DNA of 64,000 nucleotides from Tricharina praecox (Eukaryota), in NCBI RefSeq assembly GCF_024521635.1, contig NW_026250446.1, positions 62,001-126,000 of the forward strand. Reading direction: 5' to 3'. A model generated the notes under the pieces. It did not search any database. It had not been told where the DNA came from and worked only from the letters and a program-made list of their open reading frames with translations. Position 1 is the first letter of the stretch. Each line of letters begins with the position of its first letter. Of the stretch, positions 1 to 13,032 are shown piece by piece. The position numbers and the translations under genes were made by a program.

Positions 1-3000
1 AATCGCGTTCAAGGCTTGCTTTTGCAGTCCCAAACCCGGTTGCACGTCCTAGGCTATCTTCCACTCATCCAGCATGCCCTGAATAAGGGGTATTGCTGTC
101 TGGTTGTCGACGCGTAAACGCAGGAGCTCGTCGGCGTGAGACGCTTCGCTGCAAGCGATGAAATTGCTGGTGGGGGGTGGGCAGCATTATTGGCGCGCGG
201 AAGCTCGAGGGCCGCGAGGAAGTACGACATGTCGCGTGGTGGTGACGGTGGTGACGGTGATGGTGATGGTGACGGTGGTGGTAGTGGGCGTGGTGGCGTC
301 GGTTGGTCTGATGGATGCGTGTTATCCAGTTGTCCCTATGTTGTCAGCCTCGCCAAATATGGCCGGATGTGCAGCTGTACGCCACATCCAGCCTCATGTC
401 TCACACGGCCACTCACAACTGCAATCCATGCGCATTTGTGTAACTAACCTCCTACACAGTGGAGTATGATTCCCGAAGGTTGAATGATGTGGTAGAAAGA
501 AGAAGGTAATCAATTCGGTACAGCAACAATAGGTATCGTGATTCGTGAGCAGCTCCGATCTGGCGGGCGTTACTTCGTCCTTGCCAATGTACATCATGGC
601 AGGTTACACATACTTCTCCATCCAGCTGTCACCGAGAGATGCCGGCGAGCTCAATACCGGTTCCCGATTACTCTCTGTCCAGGAGGCTCTCCCTCCCGCG
701 AGTCAACCCTCCACGTTCCCTCCCAGCTCCCTCCCCGCTCCCTCCCCACTCCCTCCCCGGCTAACTCAATCTGACAGAGAAAAAGACAGAAAGAAAGAAA
801 GAAGGAAAGACAGAATGAATTGATGAGGGCATTCTTCAGTCCATTTCTCGCCACGTCCAACCTCCTGTGAGCTCAACTAAGAAATCTGGTCCCTCGTCCC
901 TGCCACCCGTGGTTTCTATATCCTCTGCCGGCGGGTTGTTACATCATTTGGCGTGTATTTTCCTTGTCGTTATCTTCTTGGGCAAGCCATGCGGTATCGT
1001 CCACGAAAGCTTCCAGATATCATCGAGTGATCTCCAATGACCTGCACAAGTGACATGGTGATGAATATTGTTACGTAAGTGATGGCATCGAGTGAGATCA
1101 AATGACGTGGAGCCAGGCGGCTTGGGACATCAATGAGTTGATCTCTGTGGGCCGATCGGTCGACTGAAACCCACTTGTTGTCGCCAGATCCGCACAATGG
1201 TGAGGCATATCCGGTCAGATGTGGTAGAAAAGAAAGTGCTGGATTACGTTTTGACTCTGGCAAACTGGATGTATTCGGATGGTCTATCCGGAAAGCGGCG
1301 GCTATTGCTCGGGAGAAAACCGTGTGAAGCGTTGGCTCTAGAACTGGAATGTGAAAATACACATCCACATCTGATTCTTCGGCTAATCGCTTCCTGGCAT
1401 CCTCCACGGAGCTTTCCGTCAACAGAACACTCGTGGAATGGTCTATTCTTCCACCGCTTGCCTCCGTATCCGCCTTCGGATCCATCACTCTACTGTTTCC
1501 TTCTCTCCTAGATATTACTATTCACCACTCACGGCACTCACTATATCAGAGGCCTCGAAAGTCGGCAACTGCCTTCTCGTAACTAGATCCTTTGCCGAAG
1601 ATTAGCGGCCGACCGGGTGCCACGAATGATAGGATGTCTATTGAGGTGAGATCCGTAACGTGGTTAGATTTCTCGGCGGCAAACAATCGTGTGGAAAGCG
1701 GCGGAGTTGCATGCCATCCATCCATCGTTCGGTCCACCGCCAGATACATTAAGTATGGGATGTTCGGGCATATTTGTCTTAGAATTGGCGAGGCTTTATC
1801 ATTTGGCATCCTTCCTTCCCACAGCGCGATTTTGTCGAACGTCTTTCGCTGTCCAGATCATCCGTGTGAAGTTCGGGAACGACGCCCACAGTTGTCCGGT
1901 AACCTGTAAGCCGTCTACTTTCAAGTTTCCAACCCTCTGCCACCGCTGGTAAGCAGCTTTGTGACCATTCTAATTCACCGTTGCTTCAGCTCTGGCGGAG
2001 TTATCACCGTGTTCATCTAATGTAGGGATCGCGGCTGTCGTTGGGCGTTGTTGATGCAAGTAGATCGCAGGTTACGTTCACCGATCTAGCTAAAGCCTGC
2101 GGCGATACTCGGGTAGCGTAGGTATGCGTTTTGGCATGAGCTGAAAATCTTATGCTTCATCTCTTGCCCAACAAATTCGACACGCTAGTGCAACTCAAAT
2201 TCCAAGCCCGCAGTGCGCACCACCTATAAAAGCCACCCTTCCTGCCTCCGTCTCCCTTCCTCTTCCTCTCCACTCAACGGTCGCAACTTCCCCACTATTC
2301 GTGAAAGAACGACATCACGATGTTCCTCGGCGGCGACGAGTCGACGACGCGCTCGAAATCGTACCCAAAACCGAAGATCTTCCACTGCGATTCTGTGAAT
2401 ACAACGGCACAGTTACGAGAGTAGCGACGATAATCTAGGTACCCATTCATCGACAACAGCCCCCAAGACCGAAACGATCCGCCCGTATCTGGTAAGTCCT
2501 CAATTGGAAGTACAATATGGCTGCATCATGTTCCGGCTGCATCGACACGCTCCGTTGCTTCCTCACTCCCGTCATGAAGCAAGTACATCTGTCACTGCTT
2601 ACATCTCTAGTGCGCACCTGATGCTCGGCCTTGATGGTGTGATTCAATGATGCTCGGCTCTCAGAAGTCTGATGCAGTGTCCTACCGGGGCGCCATTGCG
2701 CACCGGAAGCTCGGCCCTGGTGGTCCAAGATGGGATGCGATAAATGGATGATGGCAAGGCCTTTGGCTAGTCATCCGTGGCCTTTGGCCACCACAGCAAG
2801 CAGGTGTCACTTTGGATGGGTTCTTTGCTTCGTGAACCGAAGCAAAATGCACAGCCTGCGAGTTCTACTCGCTATGGTCGCCAACCTTCCAAATATTCCA
2901 ACCCTTGCAGTAATCCTTCAAAGTTCAATCCTGCAAGAGTGAAGAGTCAAGACTCTTGCGTGGAGAGGTTTTTTACCTTCGGGCTTTCCTCTAAAAAAAA

Positions 3001-6000
3001 CATCGTCTTCCTGGCCGCTGTGCGAGGGGATGAGGTTTTTTTTACTTGGATTTGATGCTGTCTACGACGGCCGATAGGACCACTGTAGGTGGAAGTTCTA
3101 GCACCATGCAGGGCTGTCTAATTCTCCAACTGCCCGCGCGGACTTTGCCGCCTACTTAGATACCGCGAGATGGTGAATTGCGCATCGTCTTAGAATTAGG
3201 ATCTGATGAGCAAACAATGATGGAGGTGGGCTAATGTTCACCGAGACGACTTGCACGTGAAGGTGATGATTGGGCCCAGAGTTCTATGGGTTGTCGCTAT
3301 AAATTTTGAACCCGCGGCTACAGGCAGAGTTCACAGGTCCAGCGAATTTCCACGAGCGAACGAGCACACAAAACGGACACAGCCGAATTCGATTTTCCTC
3401 TACGCCACGTCATGCGGCCTAGCAGTAGATGAAGAAAAAAAAAGACCAGCAGCCTGTCAGACCTCCATCGTCGCCCACCCTCATTCCCACCGCTCATACG
3501 AGAAGTATACGGAAATTCGGGTCGAGATCATCACCCACCCATCCCGAAGGACCGGCAAAACAGGCTTCACTCTGGGGCAACGAGGATATCGATCATCTTC
3601 CAGGTTGGAGATTCTGTGGCTCTTGTAAAGAGTTCAGATGAGACGATTTACTATAGAAATGATCCCTGAGAATGTGTTAATTATTTTGGACAGATAGATC
3701 TCGACCCTGAAGGTGAAGGTAGGGGGTAACTCACTATGAAGTAAAATCGCATGAGGTTCGAAGAAAGGGGGGGAGGACCTCTTTTATATCAGTTGCAATG
3801 TGGCTCTGCGTCGGCGAAATTTTCTTCACTAACTACGCTTTCACGAATTGTCATTCGTGCACCGCTGCGAAACAGGTGTTGGTTATTCATCAGTCATCAC
3901 GCGTCTGCCTACCTATCCTAGACTAGAGTAGACTACCTAGTGCATACCAGCCTTGGCACTACCGCAGACTTCACCATATCCCCATCTTGTACTGAGTCCC
4001 TTTCTATTCTCTAATCAATCTACCTCAATACGATCATCTCGTGTACTCTCTCCATCGTATATCTTTAACAACAGGAGATCGACCTTAGTGAAGTAAGTAG
4101 TAGGACAGCAGGTGTACGTGTACAATACCTACTGGAGTACCGCTGGGCGCTGTGGCTGTATTATCTGAGCTGTAATCATCACATAACAGCCGGTAGAAAC
4201 GGAGATTTGGTGAACGCGAGAGTGTGACAACTTACACCATGACCTGATCTGAATAGTAAGTGAGTGTCAAACTTTGGTCGCCCGGAGATCTCGGCACGAG
4301 TTAAGGTTCGACGGTGGAAGAGTCTCGACGGCCTGGCGAACTCTGATGAGCGGCCAACTTTGTTGGGCGGCCAACCTTAGGTGGCCTCTCAGTCTTAAAC
4401 AGAGGTCTTCGCCGTGGACGATAGGTTCTTCTTTTCTGTGTCGAATAGAATATCATCATCTGTCTACGTATATATTTCAACAGTTAGAAATCGCCCGGTT
4501 ATCGCAGATAGACATTGGAAACACGGTTTGTTGGGTGTAAAATATCCAAGACGTGCGCACGTGCATCCGGGAAAGCCATGAAACCTGGCTGGTCCACGAC
4601 TAAGCGGTTCGTGTGGCTGAGGGATGGGGGAGACATTGCTGCCAACTCATGCATTTATTTGCCGCATCCCACCCTCAAGCACTGTCCCTACAAAGATCGC
4701 GCAAAACCGACGTCTGTCACTGTTTCATCGTAAAGACGCCTACCAGCACGCAACTCAAATCATCCCCTAGACCGTTCAACAGTACTCAAGCAGGCAGTCG
4801 AACGACATAGAAAATCGATATGCACTTTGACCAAGATTCCGTAGTCCTGCATGACCACCATTATGCCCCTGCACCGGTATGCCTCCCCCGGGAACATGAC
4901 CTGAATGGATCAAGACAGATGCATTGCCCGCCAAGCGACCGAGATCTTCCGCGGCAGGCGACCCACCAGTCGGTTTCAGGTTTTAGCCTTGCTGGCAATA
5001 AAAGCCTCATGACCCAGGCCTGCGAAGATTCATATGGCGCATGTGAGAGCAAACAAATCAATGGAAGCCAGGCAGAAGTTGTAACTTGTGTTGTACTCTC
5101 GGCGATAGTGTTTTCTGCGTGAGTTGCCACTGCGTCGTGCCGCTGGAAACGAAAAAACTTTTCTTCTCCCCATATGCCTCATTTCGTTTCGTTTGCTGTC
5201 AGATGTCTCATCTCCTTATAGTTTTTTTTCTTTGCGTTGCTGATGTGTAGATCATTCCGAACTTAGCATGACGGTCATATCCCGCTGCACGTTCGTTTGG
5301 ACGGATAGATTTTGCGGGGGCCCAGAGGGTGCATACAGTACACAACGCATACTGCAGGTCAGATCTCAATTTCCCCGGGGAACACGGCGGGTCATATGTA
5401 GGTCCCTATGTTCCAGGCTTCGACAGATATGCGGGGTAGCCGCCTTTGCCTGCCTGCCCTGCATATGAGCTGATCAGGGGGAGGTCCCCAGGGGGGCGAG
5501 AATGAACATCCGTAAACCTCCGGACGTTTTGTGATAAGGAAGTCAATTCCGCCGAGAGTCCGGGTGAATGTTGGTTGGCGTCCGGGAGTTGGAGACGTCT
5601 GCTTACCATACGTGCTCGGTAGTGATTGACGTGTTCGGCAGTGACGGACGTGCTCGGCGGCTAGCTATCTGTGCGTATTTCCTTTTTTCTGCAGCATTAC
5701 TGGTCACTCGACAGCTCGCTTCGAGCTTCTGTGATGTCCGGAAAGCCCAAATACGAAAAGCCGCGCGAACCACAATCCGGTTAACTATCGGTCGCGCTGT
5801 TAGCCGACACCAATCGGGTAGAGTGAATATCCACGTCGTCGGATAGATCTTAACTTTCATTCTTGTTGTCAACCCCAGTTGTGTTAAGTGGTGCTGCGTG
5901 CCTAGAAACCGGGATGCCTAATCTCACGATTGAGAGAACCAGTAGGCGACCTAAACTTTCTATAGCCAGCGGTTTGAGGTCGAGACGCGGCGATGTGTGA

Positions 6001-6644
6001 ACGCTGTTTGTGGATAGTCGAACCTTATACTCGTAATTTGTATTTGCATAACTGGGTTGAAGTTAATAACCTGTCCCAAGGTAGATACAAAGCCAGATTC
6101 TTCCAATATTTTCGATTGATGTCGGGCTTATCGAATGATGTTCAACGGCGAGAATCCGCGGTATATAGTGCATCGGTAGTCGCTGGCTCGGTATCAATGA
6201 TTAACCGGGGGACGCGGACAATTGCTGACGACGCTTCCCAACTGTGTGCTCCTGCTTGCTTCTGCCACCTCCACGGATTGGTAATATCGACATCGCGTAG
6301 ACAGTTTGTCTGTTCCTCAATCATAGCGGTGTTGGGTGCCATTTTGGAACCGAATCCCACTGCTCTCCTTTGGGTTTGCATAAGCGGTCATTCCGGTACC
6401 ATCCATGACAGAATCTCAGCCCGCTGTCGACTGAGTGTGTCCACGAAGAAGCCGGCTTCTACCATTCGTCATTACCGGAGGACATAGAGCATATATCGTA
6501 GGAATCGGTCGTTGGCTGTGTCGCTGTGGAAGGTGTGCTGCGCGGTTGCTATCAGCGGGAGGCCTCATTATTCCGACTGTCACTCGACTTACCTGTTGCT
6601 TATGTAATCAATTTAGTCTAACGTTTACCACTCCGAAAATTTAA

Positions 6645-6950
6645 GCGTCAGCAGAAGATCTTGGGGGCAATGGATCTGAATGAGACGGGAAGGGACAGGA
6701 GCGCTTCAGTATCCATGACCTCTTTGCTGACGAGAGGTACAGTCAGGCAATCTTGGACTTTCTTGCCGCCGCAACTGTTGGCAGACGGATACCGGACTCG
6801 GCCGCTGAGGAAGGTGCAGTGAGCGAGGTGTCCGGGTGGAAACTCAGGGTAGAGGAAGAGAGAAGGGCTGAGAGCTTGAGGCTACTAGACGAGGCGGAGG
6901 AAGTCGAGATTGATGAGAGGGCTTGAAGGGTGAACGTTCTCTTTTTTCCG
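6645..6950 (+). mobile_element. Degenerate 3' end of a non-LTR retrotransposon (LINE) ORF2
   Basis: With frameshifts it reads QQKILGAM..ETGR..RFSIHDLFADERYSQAILDFLAAATVGRR..AEEGAVSEVSGWKLRVEEERR, which resembles the C-terminal tail of fungal Tad1-type LINE ORF2 proteins (recognised from memory). No RT domain is present. Confidence 0.6.
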
Positions 6951-7884
6951 TCATAGTAGGTCCCTGCGAGCCCCCGAAGTTGACCGGCTGGTGCCCAGGG
7001 CTGTCGATTATTAGCTAGCAGCCAGAGCCCCGTTCCAGGTAGACATCGAGGAGGAAGACCTGAAGCAAATTATGGTGAACTTCCTTGCACTGGCTGGTAG
7101 ACATGTGGGCACAGCACGAATTCGATGGCGAAGATGAGAGCGGGGAACGCGACTATGAATGAAGCGGTGGGTATCGGTTGCTGGAGTGCGGATACATACC
7201 GAACAAATAGCTACACAACGGATTAGGACGCTGCAACGAAACGTGGCCGCGCAGCCCTGGGACAGGACAGGAGATTGGGAGTATGCGATTTGCGGTGATA
7301 TTGAGATGGTCGCGCTCCGTACGATATCTTATGTGAAAGGTTTGAAAGATGTGTTGCAAAATGGATCGCTGCCCGCTGCCGTCGGACATGTTGTGATTCA
7401 CAGGGAAGATGGTGTTCTCATCCCCGTGAGTAGAGTACAACAGCACAATGATCGGTTACACAGACCAGCCCCAGCCGCACGCCACGTGTGGCGTGCGGTG
7501 CCACAATAGGTGTCCTGCATTGGCGATGTTCTTGAGACGCAGCATTTGGGGATTAGGTTTAACTTCGGTCATTTTTTCTTCAGCCGGAAGCCTCCTCATT
7601 GATTGACTCGCACATAGCATGCTCTCCATAATACATGTAGGTTCCATCAAACTCTATTCCCCATGAACTCCTCTCCCGTTCCCTTCATCTGATGGGGGTG
7701 TCTTGCTTCACAAAGAAGACCTCGCCGGCAAAAGGCGTTATCATGAATGACGCACCGGCTACGTCTTCTAGTGTCTCATATTTCCTTGTTTAAAATTTCG
7801 TGATTGGACTCACGCGCGCAAACATCACCGTCACTCGACTACCTAACCACCAACGCGCGACGGGCAAAACGTAAACCACAAAAG

Positions 7885-8105
7885 CTAGGCTTTGAACCGC
7901 AGCAAAAGAGCGTCCTCCCTAAGGTTGCTACCCTTGTAACGGCTCGAACCTTGGGTACCGGGTGCCGGTACCCTCACCACTTGAGAAATTCGCTCCCATT
8001 GAGCCCTGATCGCCGCTGGTGATTTCCCTTGATTTCCAAATCATGAACCGGAATCTGAACAAAGCAAGCAAAAACACAGCTATCAACCCCAACAGCCAAC
8101 ACCCC
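7885..8105 (-). repeat. tRNA-like structured dispersed repeat, copy A
   Basis: Aligns by eye with 27930-28150 and 55262-55400. On the minus strand: A-box-like GGGCTCAATGG, hairpin GGGTACCGG-CAC-CCGGTACCC, B-box-like GGTTCAAAGCC. Confidence 0.7.
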
Positions 8106-9156
8106 CCAGCAAGGTTCAATCTGGGAGGGAGCTCGTTAGTTGTGCATGTATTGTTCCGAGTCGGTGTCCCGGCGGAGAGCTGAATTTGGCTCTAAAACTG
8201 GAACTCAAAACTGAAGCCATCTAAACGAGCCTTATCGTCACATGTAGCTTAACTAGACTATGGCGCCCACCAACTTCCCGACTTTCCTGCCAGCTCTGCG
8301 AGGTAGAGAGAAAGCCCTATTGCCTCAATTCGATGCTGCACCACGGCCTACCAAACAGAACACAACCGCGCTCATTGTCCGCCTACTCCACGCACACTTT
8401 ACCCAGCATCTTTCTAATGGCAGATGATCTTCGGTGAATAGGTGCTCAACTATGAGTGAGAAATAGTGTTTCGACGCCTGAAACCTATTTCCAGAAGGGT
8501 CCAGCTACTTTCCCTTTTTTAGAGCGGTGCTGCCGTAGGTTATTTGCCAGAACTCGCCGTCCGTAAACGTAACCGGTATGGTATAAAAGCTACTATACGT
8601 GTTCTCCGTCTGGGTTCGTTGGTGATGGAATGGTATCGGCAGCGTGGAGTCTAGAGTCTGGACAACGTTAGTAGTCCCACTGTCGGGGTAAAGGGGCACG
8701 CTGGTTGCAGGTGGTATCTCTCTGCAATGCATCTCTTTTGCGATCTCGAACATCAAATCCATCCGGCGTATCGCATTTGGAGAACGCAGATAAGTGTGAA
8801 CTGACTTTGTGCTAGCCGCCGAACTGGGGCCTCGAACTGAGAGGTAAAAGAAGACGCGAATAAGACGTCCGCAATACGGATAGCACCTGCCTCATACACC
8901 TAAACTGAACTTCTCGCAGTCGTGAAATTTAAGATAGATGCGCAGTCCCAAAACCTTGTAAGGCAACGAAAGTTTCGAACTCATTCGTTCTAGTCCCAAT
9001 ATTACTAGTCACCCCTACAAAGAATCTGCCCGTCTCTGCTCTTCCTGTCTCTGCTCTTCATCGCCACCTGTTCAGTACAGACACCCAACAACATCCCCCT
9101 GCGCTGCCGCGAAGCATCTCAATCAGCAGCAACGGACCCAACGAACAACATTCAAC

Positions 9157-9906
9157 ATGAGCACGAACATCCCATCCCTACAACAGCTCGCATTTATGGA
9201 AATCGTTCCCTGGGATCTCTATATGCAGGTGACCGGCAAGTTCATCGAAACCCTGACAAGGCTCCGAAAGGGCGAACTGGAGGTGATGCCGGCAGCCCTG
9301 CCGAACTTGAAGTGACATGCTAACCAACCTGCGTAGCTGTGGACCCTCAACCGCCTGCGGTACAACTACCTCGATCAGTTTCTAGAGGTACAGCAATACT
9401 ACAATAGGATTCGGTGGGTGGTAGGCAAGCTCAACGCGGAGGCCCGTTTCTATGACGCTTTCCTCCAAAAGCACAACTGGATAATGAGCCGTGCCGAGAT
9501 GGCGGAAGTTATTAAATCTATCCTGCCACACGATCCATTGCTGGGGAGGCATCAGCCGAGCACCGAACCTCTCCCGCCTCTACCTGCTGAGTACGAAGTA
9601 ACGATTGCCGACCACCCGGATACACCCTGGATGAACGGCGATCATCATCAGCCGAACTGGCAACCTAGCCCAACTCCACCCGGGGAGGTGGCAGCCAACA
9701 ATGCCGACCACTTTGCCGCTCACAGGGCCTACCCCGGGTTGAACGGCGGTCATCATCAGCCGAACGGGCAGCCTGTCCTGACTCCACTCGGGGAGATGGC
9801 AGCCGACAATGCCGACCCCTTTGCCGCTCACGGGGCCTGCCCCGGGATGAATGGCGGTAATGACCAGTACGACGGGAGTAACGTTTATGGGCCAGGGCGA
9901 TTTTGA
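9157..9906 (+). CDS. Hypothetical protein (231 aa, 2 exons: 9157-9282, 9337-9906) with 36-aa C-terminal repeats
   Basis: ATG in a CAAC-ATG context; intron 9283-9336 GTGATG..GCTAAC..TAG joins in frame to ORF 9418-9906; 108-bp repeat units start at 9631, 9739 and 9847. Confidence 0.65.
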
Positions 9907-11057
9907 GTTGAATTCCAGACTTATTTGCGAAGTTCAGGCATCGTAACAATGTCCGCGTCTACAGCGATGAACATAGGATATCCTTTCAGCAGGTGGGATG
10001 GAGCAGGCTCAGACAGGAGTACGACCGAAGTGTTGGTGGCGAGTAGCGTGGTTGGTAGCACGGCATGGAGTGTATCTGATTTCTTTTCCTTCTTTGTTTG
10101 GAGTACAGCGATTCGGCAAATTGCAGCCTAGAATGTTGATCATGGGAAGTTTGGACTATTATCCACCCAGTAGAGAGGGAGGTAGTACAGGATACAGCTC
10201 TATGGTGCTTAATGAGGCGGAAGCTAGCGTGTGGCTGTTAAGTTGTGGCGCTCTGCCGACAGAAAGACCTTGTTGACATTTGTTATATAACTTTACCCCA
10301 GCATTGAGACAATAGATATAAATAAAACATGATGAACCGGCCGAAGCAGTTGATCCGATGGAATGTCCATATTCGTTGGATTATTGATTGCAGGTCACCG
10401 TTTGGCGTCGCGTTGTAGAGACACGAAAGTCATTCGGAAGACCGCACGTGATGATAGAGGGCGATCATCTAATCATATCTTCCGTTCGCGCAGTCCAGGA
10501 TCTCATCTTGAGAATAATGCGGACAACGAGCCTCCTCGAGTCCTGGTCGTTCCTTCTAAGCGACCGTGCACAAAGACAGTTAGGTTGAGCACATCCCACT
10601 TGGTGAAATCCATAGAAGGCCAAGTCCCAGGTGGAAACGGGACCATAGAAAGTCAAAAAAACGAGCCTAGAAATATAAGCCGCAGCTGCGCGATTTCTGT
10701 ACTTTTTCTTTGTTTCTTGCATCAGTCCCTACACCCTAGAACTCGGCGATGTTTTATACGATGTTTTATACGATGTTTAATTTTTTTCGCTGCTGGGTGG
10801 AGAAGCTTTACTTTTTGCTCCCACTCGACGGAGTGAAGCAGCTAGTTTCATCTGCACCGGTCGATGCGGCTCTCAGCGCCCCAGAGCCGCACGAGTCCGC
10901 TAAGCCGCATTTGGCTCCGATGACTCCATCTCCATCGCAACCCCACCATTTGCAACCAACTAGAACGAGCATCAACCCCACTACGGAACGGCAGCGGGAA
11001 CCACCAACCGACCCCGAACAAGACACCCGCACCGATCTTCCCCGCGAACCCAACCCG

Positions 11058-12702
11058 ATGGCAACACCTGCCCCCGCGATCGGCGCGTCGCCGCTGGCGA
11101 CCATACCCGAATCCTCTGCCCCGCAGGCCACCGGGTCCGCCGCCGAGACCCCCGCCGTGCCGGCGACCAAGACGAAGCCCGCGGAGAAGAAACCGGCCGC
11201 CTCAGCCGCGCCTGCGGCCACCGCTGCTTCGAACGAGAAAAAGCTGACGCCGAAGGAGCTCAAGGAGAAGAAGAAGGCTGAGAAAGCTGCCAAGCGCGTA
11301 CAGAACAAAGACGCGGGTTCCAGCGGGGGCGCCGGCCCCGGCGAAAAGGGTGCAAAGGAAGCTGCTGCTGTGGCGGCAAAGGGTGGAAAGAAGCAATCCG
11401 AAGGCCCCGTATCCACTATCCGCATCGGCGGTTCCGCCCCCAAGGCGAAGCTGGCGGCGCTGGCGGCGAAGGAGGCGGAGGCGGCCGCAAAGGATGCGGA
11501 GGCGGTGAGAGAGCATGGACTTGTCGGATTACTCAGGGATCTGGAGGTGGAGCAGAACGGAAAGAAGAAGAAGCTGGCCTTTGGGATCGACAACGCTCAC
11601 CCCGATGTCCACCCTGCTATCATCACGCTTGGAATGCAGATTAACAAGAATGTCATTGTCGGATCGAGCGCGAGGTGTCTGGGCTTCCTGTTAGCTATCA
11701 AGCGAGTATGTGTGGTATTCTGGATTGCGTCGAGGATGTTAGCTGATACTTGATCAACGGATAGGTGATCGAAGACTACGAGACTCCTCCGGACTCCTCC
11801 CTCAACCGCCATCTTCCCGGCGCGTACCTCTCCCACCAGATCAACTACATCACCTCTGCACGGCCGATGGCAACAGCAATGGGTAACGCGGTGCGTTGGC
11901 TCAAGACGGAAATCTCCAACATCTCTCCCGACATCACCGACGAACTCGCCAAGCGTACGCTCGCCGATATGATCGAAGGGTTCATCCACGAGAGGCTCAC
12001 GGCGGCGGACGAGATGATCATCAACACGGCGTGCGAACGGTACATTGAGGACGGCGATGTAATCCTCACGTTTGGCAAGTCACGCGTGGTTGAGGAGACA
12101 CTTATTGAGGCCCACCGCAGAGGCCTGCGCTTCCGCGTCGTGTCGGTGGATAATCGCCCGATGCAAGAAGGCCAGAACTTGCTCGTGAGCATGATCAAGG
12201 CCGGCATTGCTGTCAATTACATCGACCTCTACGCTGTCGAATACATCATGCAGGACGTCACCAAGGTCTTTGTTGGCGCGCACGCTGTCATGGCGAACGG
12301 CGCTCTGTACTCGCGTTCTGGTACGGCCGTCATCGCGGCCGCTGCGAAAGCCCAGGGCATCCCCCTCATCACGCTCTGCCAGACGATCAAGTTTTCTGAG
12401 AAAATCAACATCGACGGCATTGTCAACAATGAGCTCGGTATTACTCCCTCTACACGTTTCGCTCACATCCTACTAACTGATTCTCAGCGGATCCGGATCT
12501 AATCGTAAACACCTCCCGCTCACACTCTTTCCCTATATATGGTCCTCTCTCCAGCTGGAGGGAAGTAGCAAACACGACGGTAGTAAACTTTAGGTACGAC
12601 GTTACCGCAGCGGACAACATTTCTATGGTTGTTTGCGAGCATGGCTGTGTTACTCCCGAAGGCGTTAGTTATGTCCTCAGAGTGAGTGGAATGGATCGGT
12701 AG
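11058..12702 (+). CDS. GCD2: Translation initiation factor eIF2B subunit delta (exons 11058-11705, 11765-12437, 12488-12702)
   Basis: Lys/Ala-rich N-terminus followed by VHPAIITLG..IVGSSARC, SARPMATAMGNAVRWLK, DGDVILTFGKS, VFVGAHAVMANGALYSRSGTA, KFSE..NNELADPD, RYDVT. Introns GTATGT..GCTGAT..TAG and GTATTA..CTAAC..CAG restore one frame to TAG at 12700-12702. Confidence 0.93.
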
Positions 12703-13032
12703 AGTAGGGGGTGTGAATATGGGATGGCAATGGGAAGGCGTTTGTTCGTGCTTTTTATTTTTGGCTTTTGTGCTTCGGGGATAGAGGCGATATGGAAAAA
12801 GTTTGGGTTTTGGCGGTGTCTGGGAAAGTAATTTTCCCTCGTTCGGAAGTTACTGCTTACATCGTGCACATGGGGGATTGAAATATTCCACAGTGCGAGA
12901 TGCGCATACATCCTGCGCATTTGGAGGATATAATTTTTACGAGCTCCTCGCCGCCCAGTGCACTATCATCTGGAATCTTCCAAGTACATACATCGCAGTA
13001 GAATAGAACTTTTAGACGCCATTCCCAATCAA

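Noticed and set aside
970..1488. 172-aa minus-strand ORF
   Set aside because: Possibly an exon of a decayed gene, but I could not build a supported model.
10749..11057. N-terminal extension of the eIF2B-delta ORF
   Set aside because: The upstream ATGs lie in a short tandem repeat; coding-like composition begins at ATG 11058.
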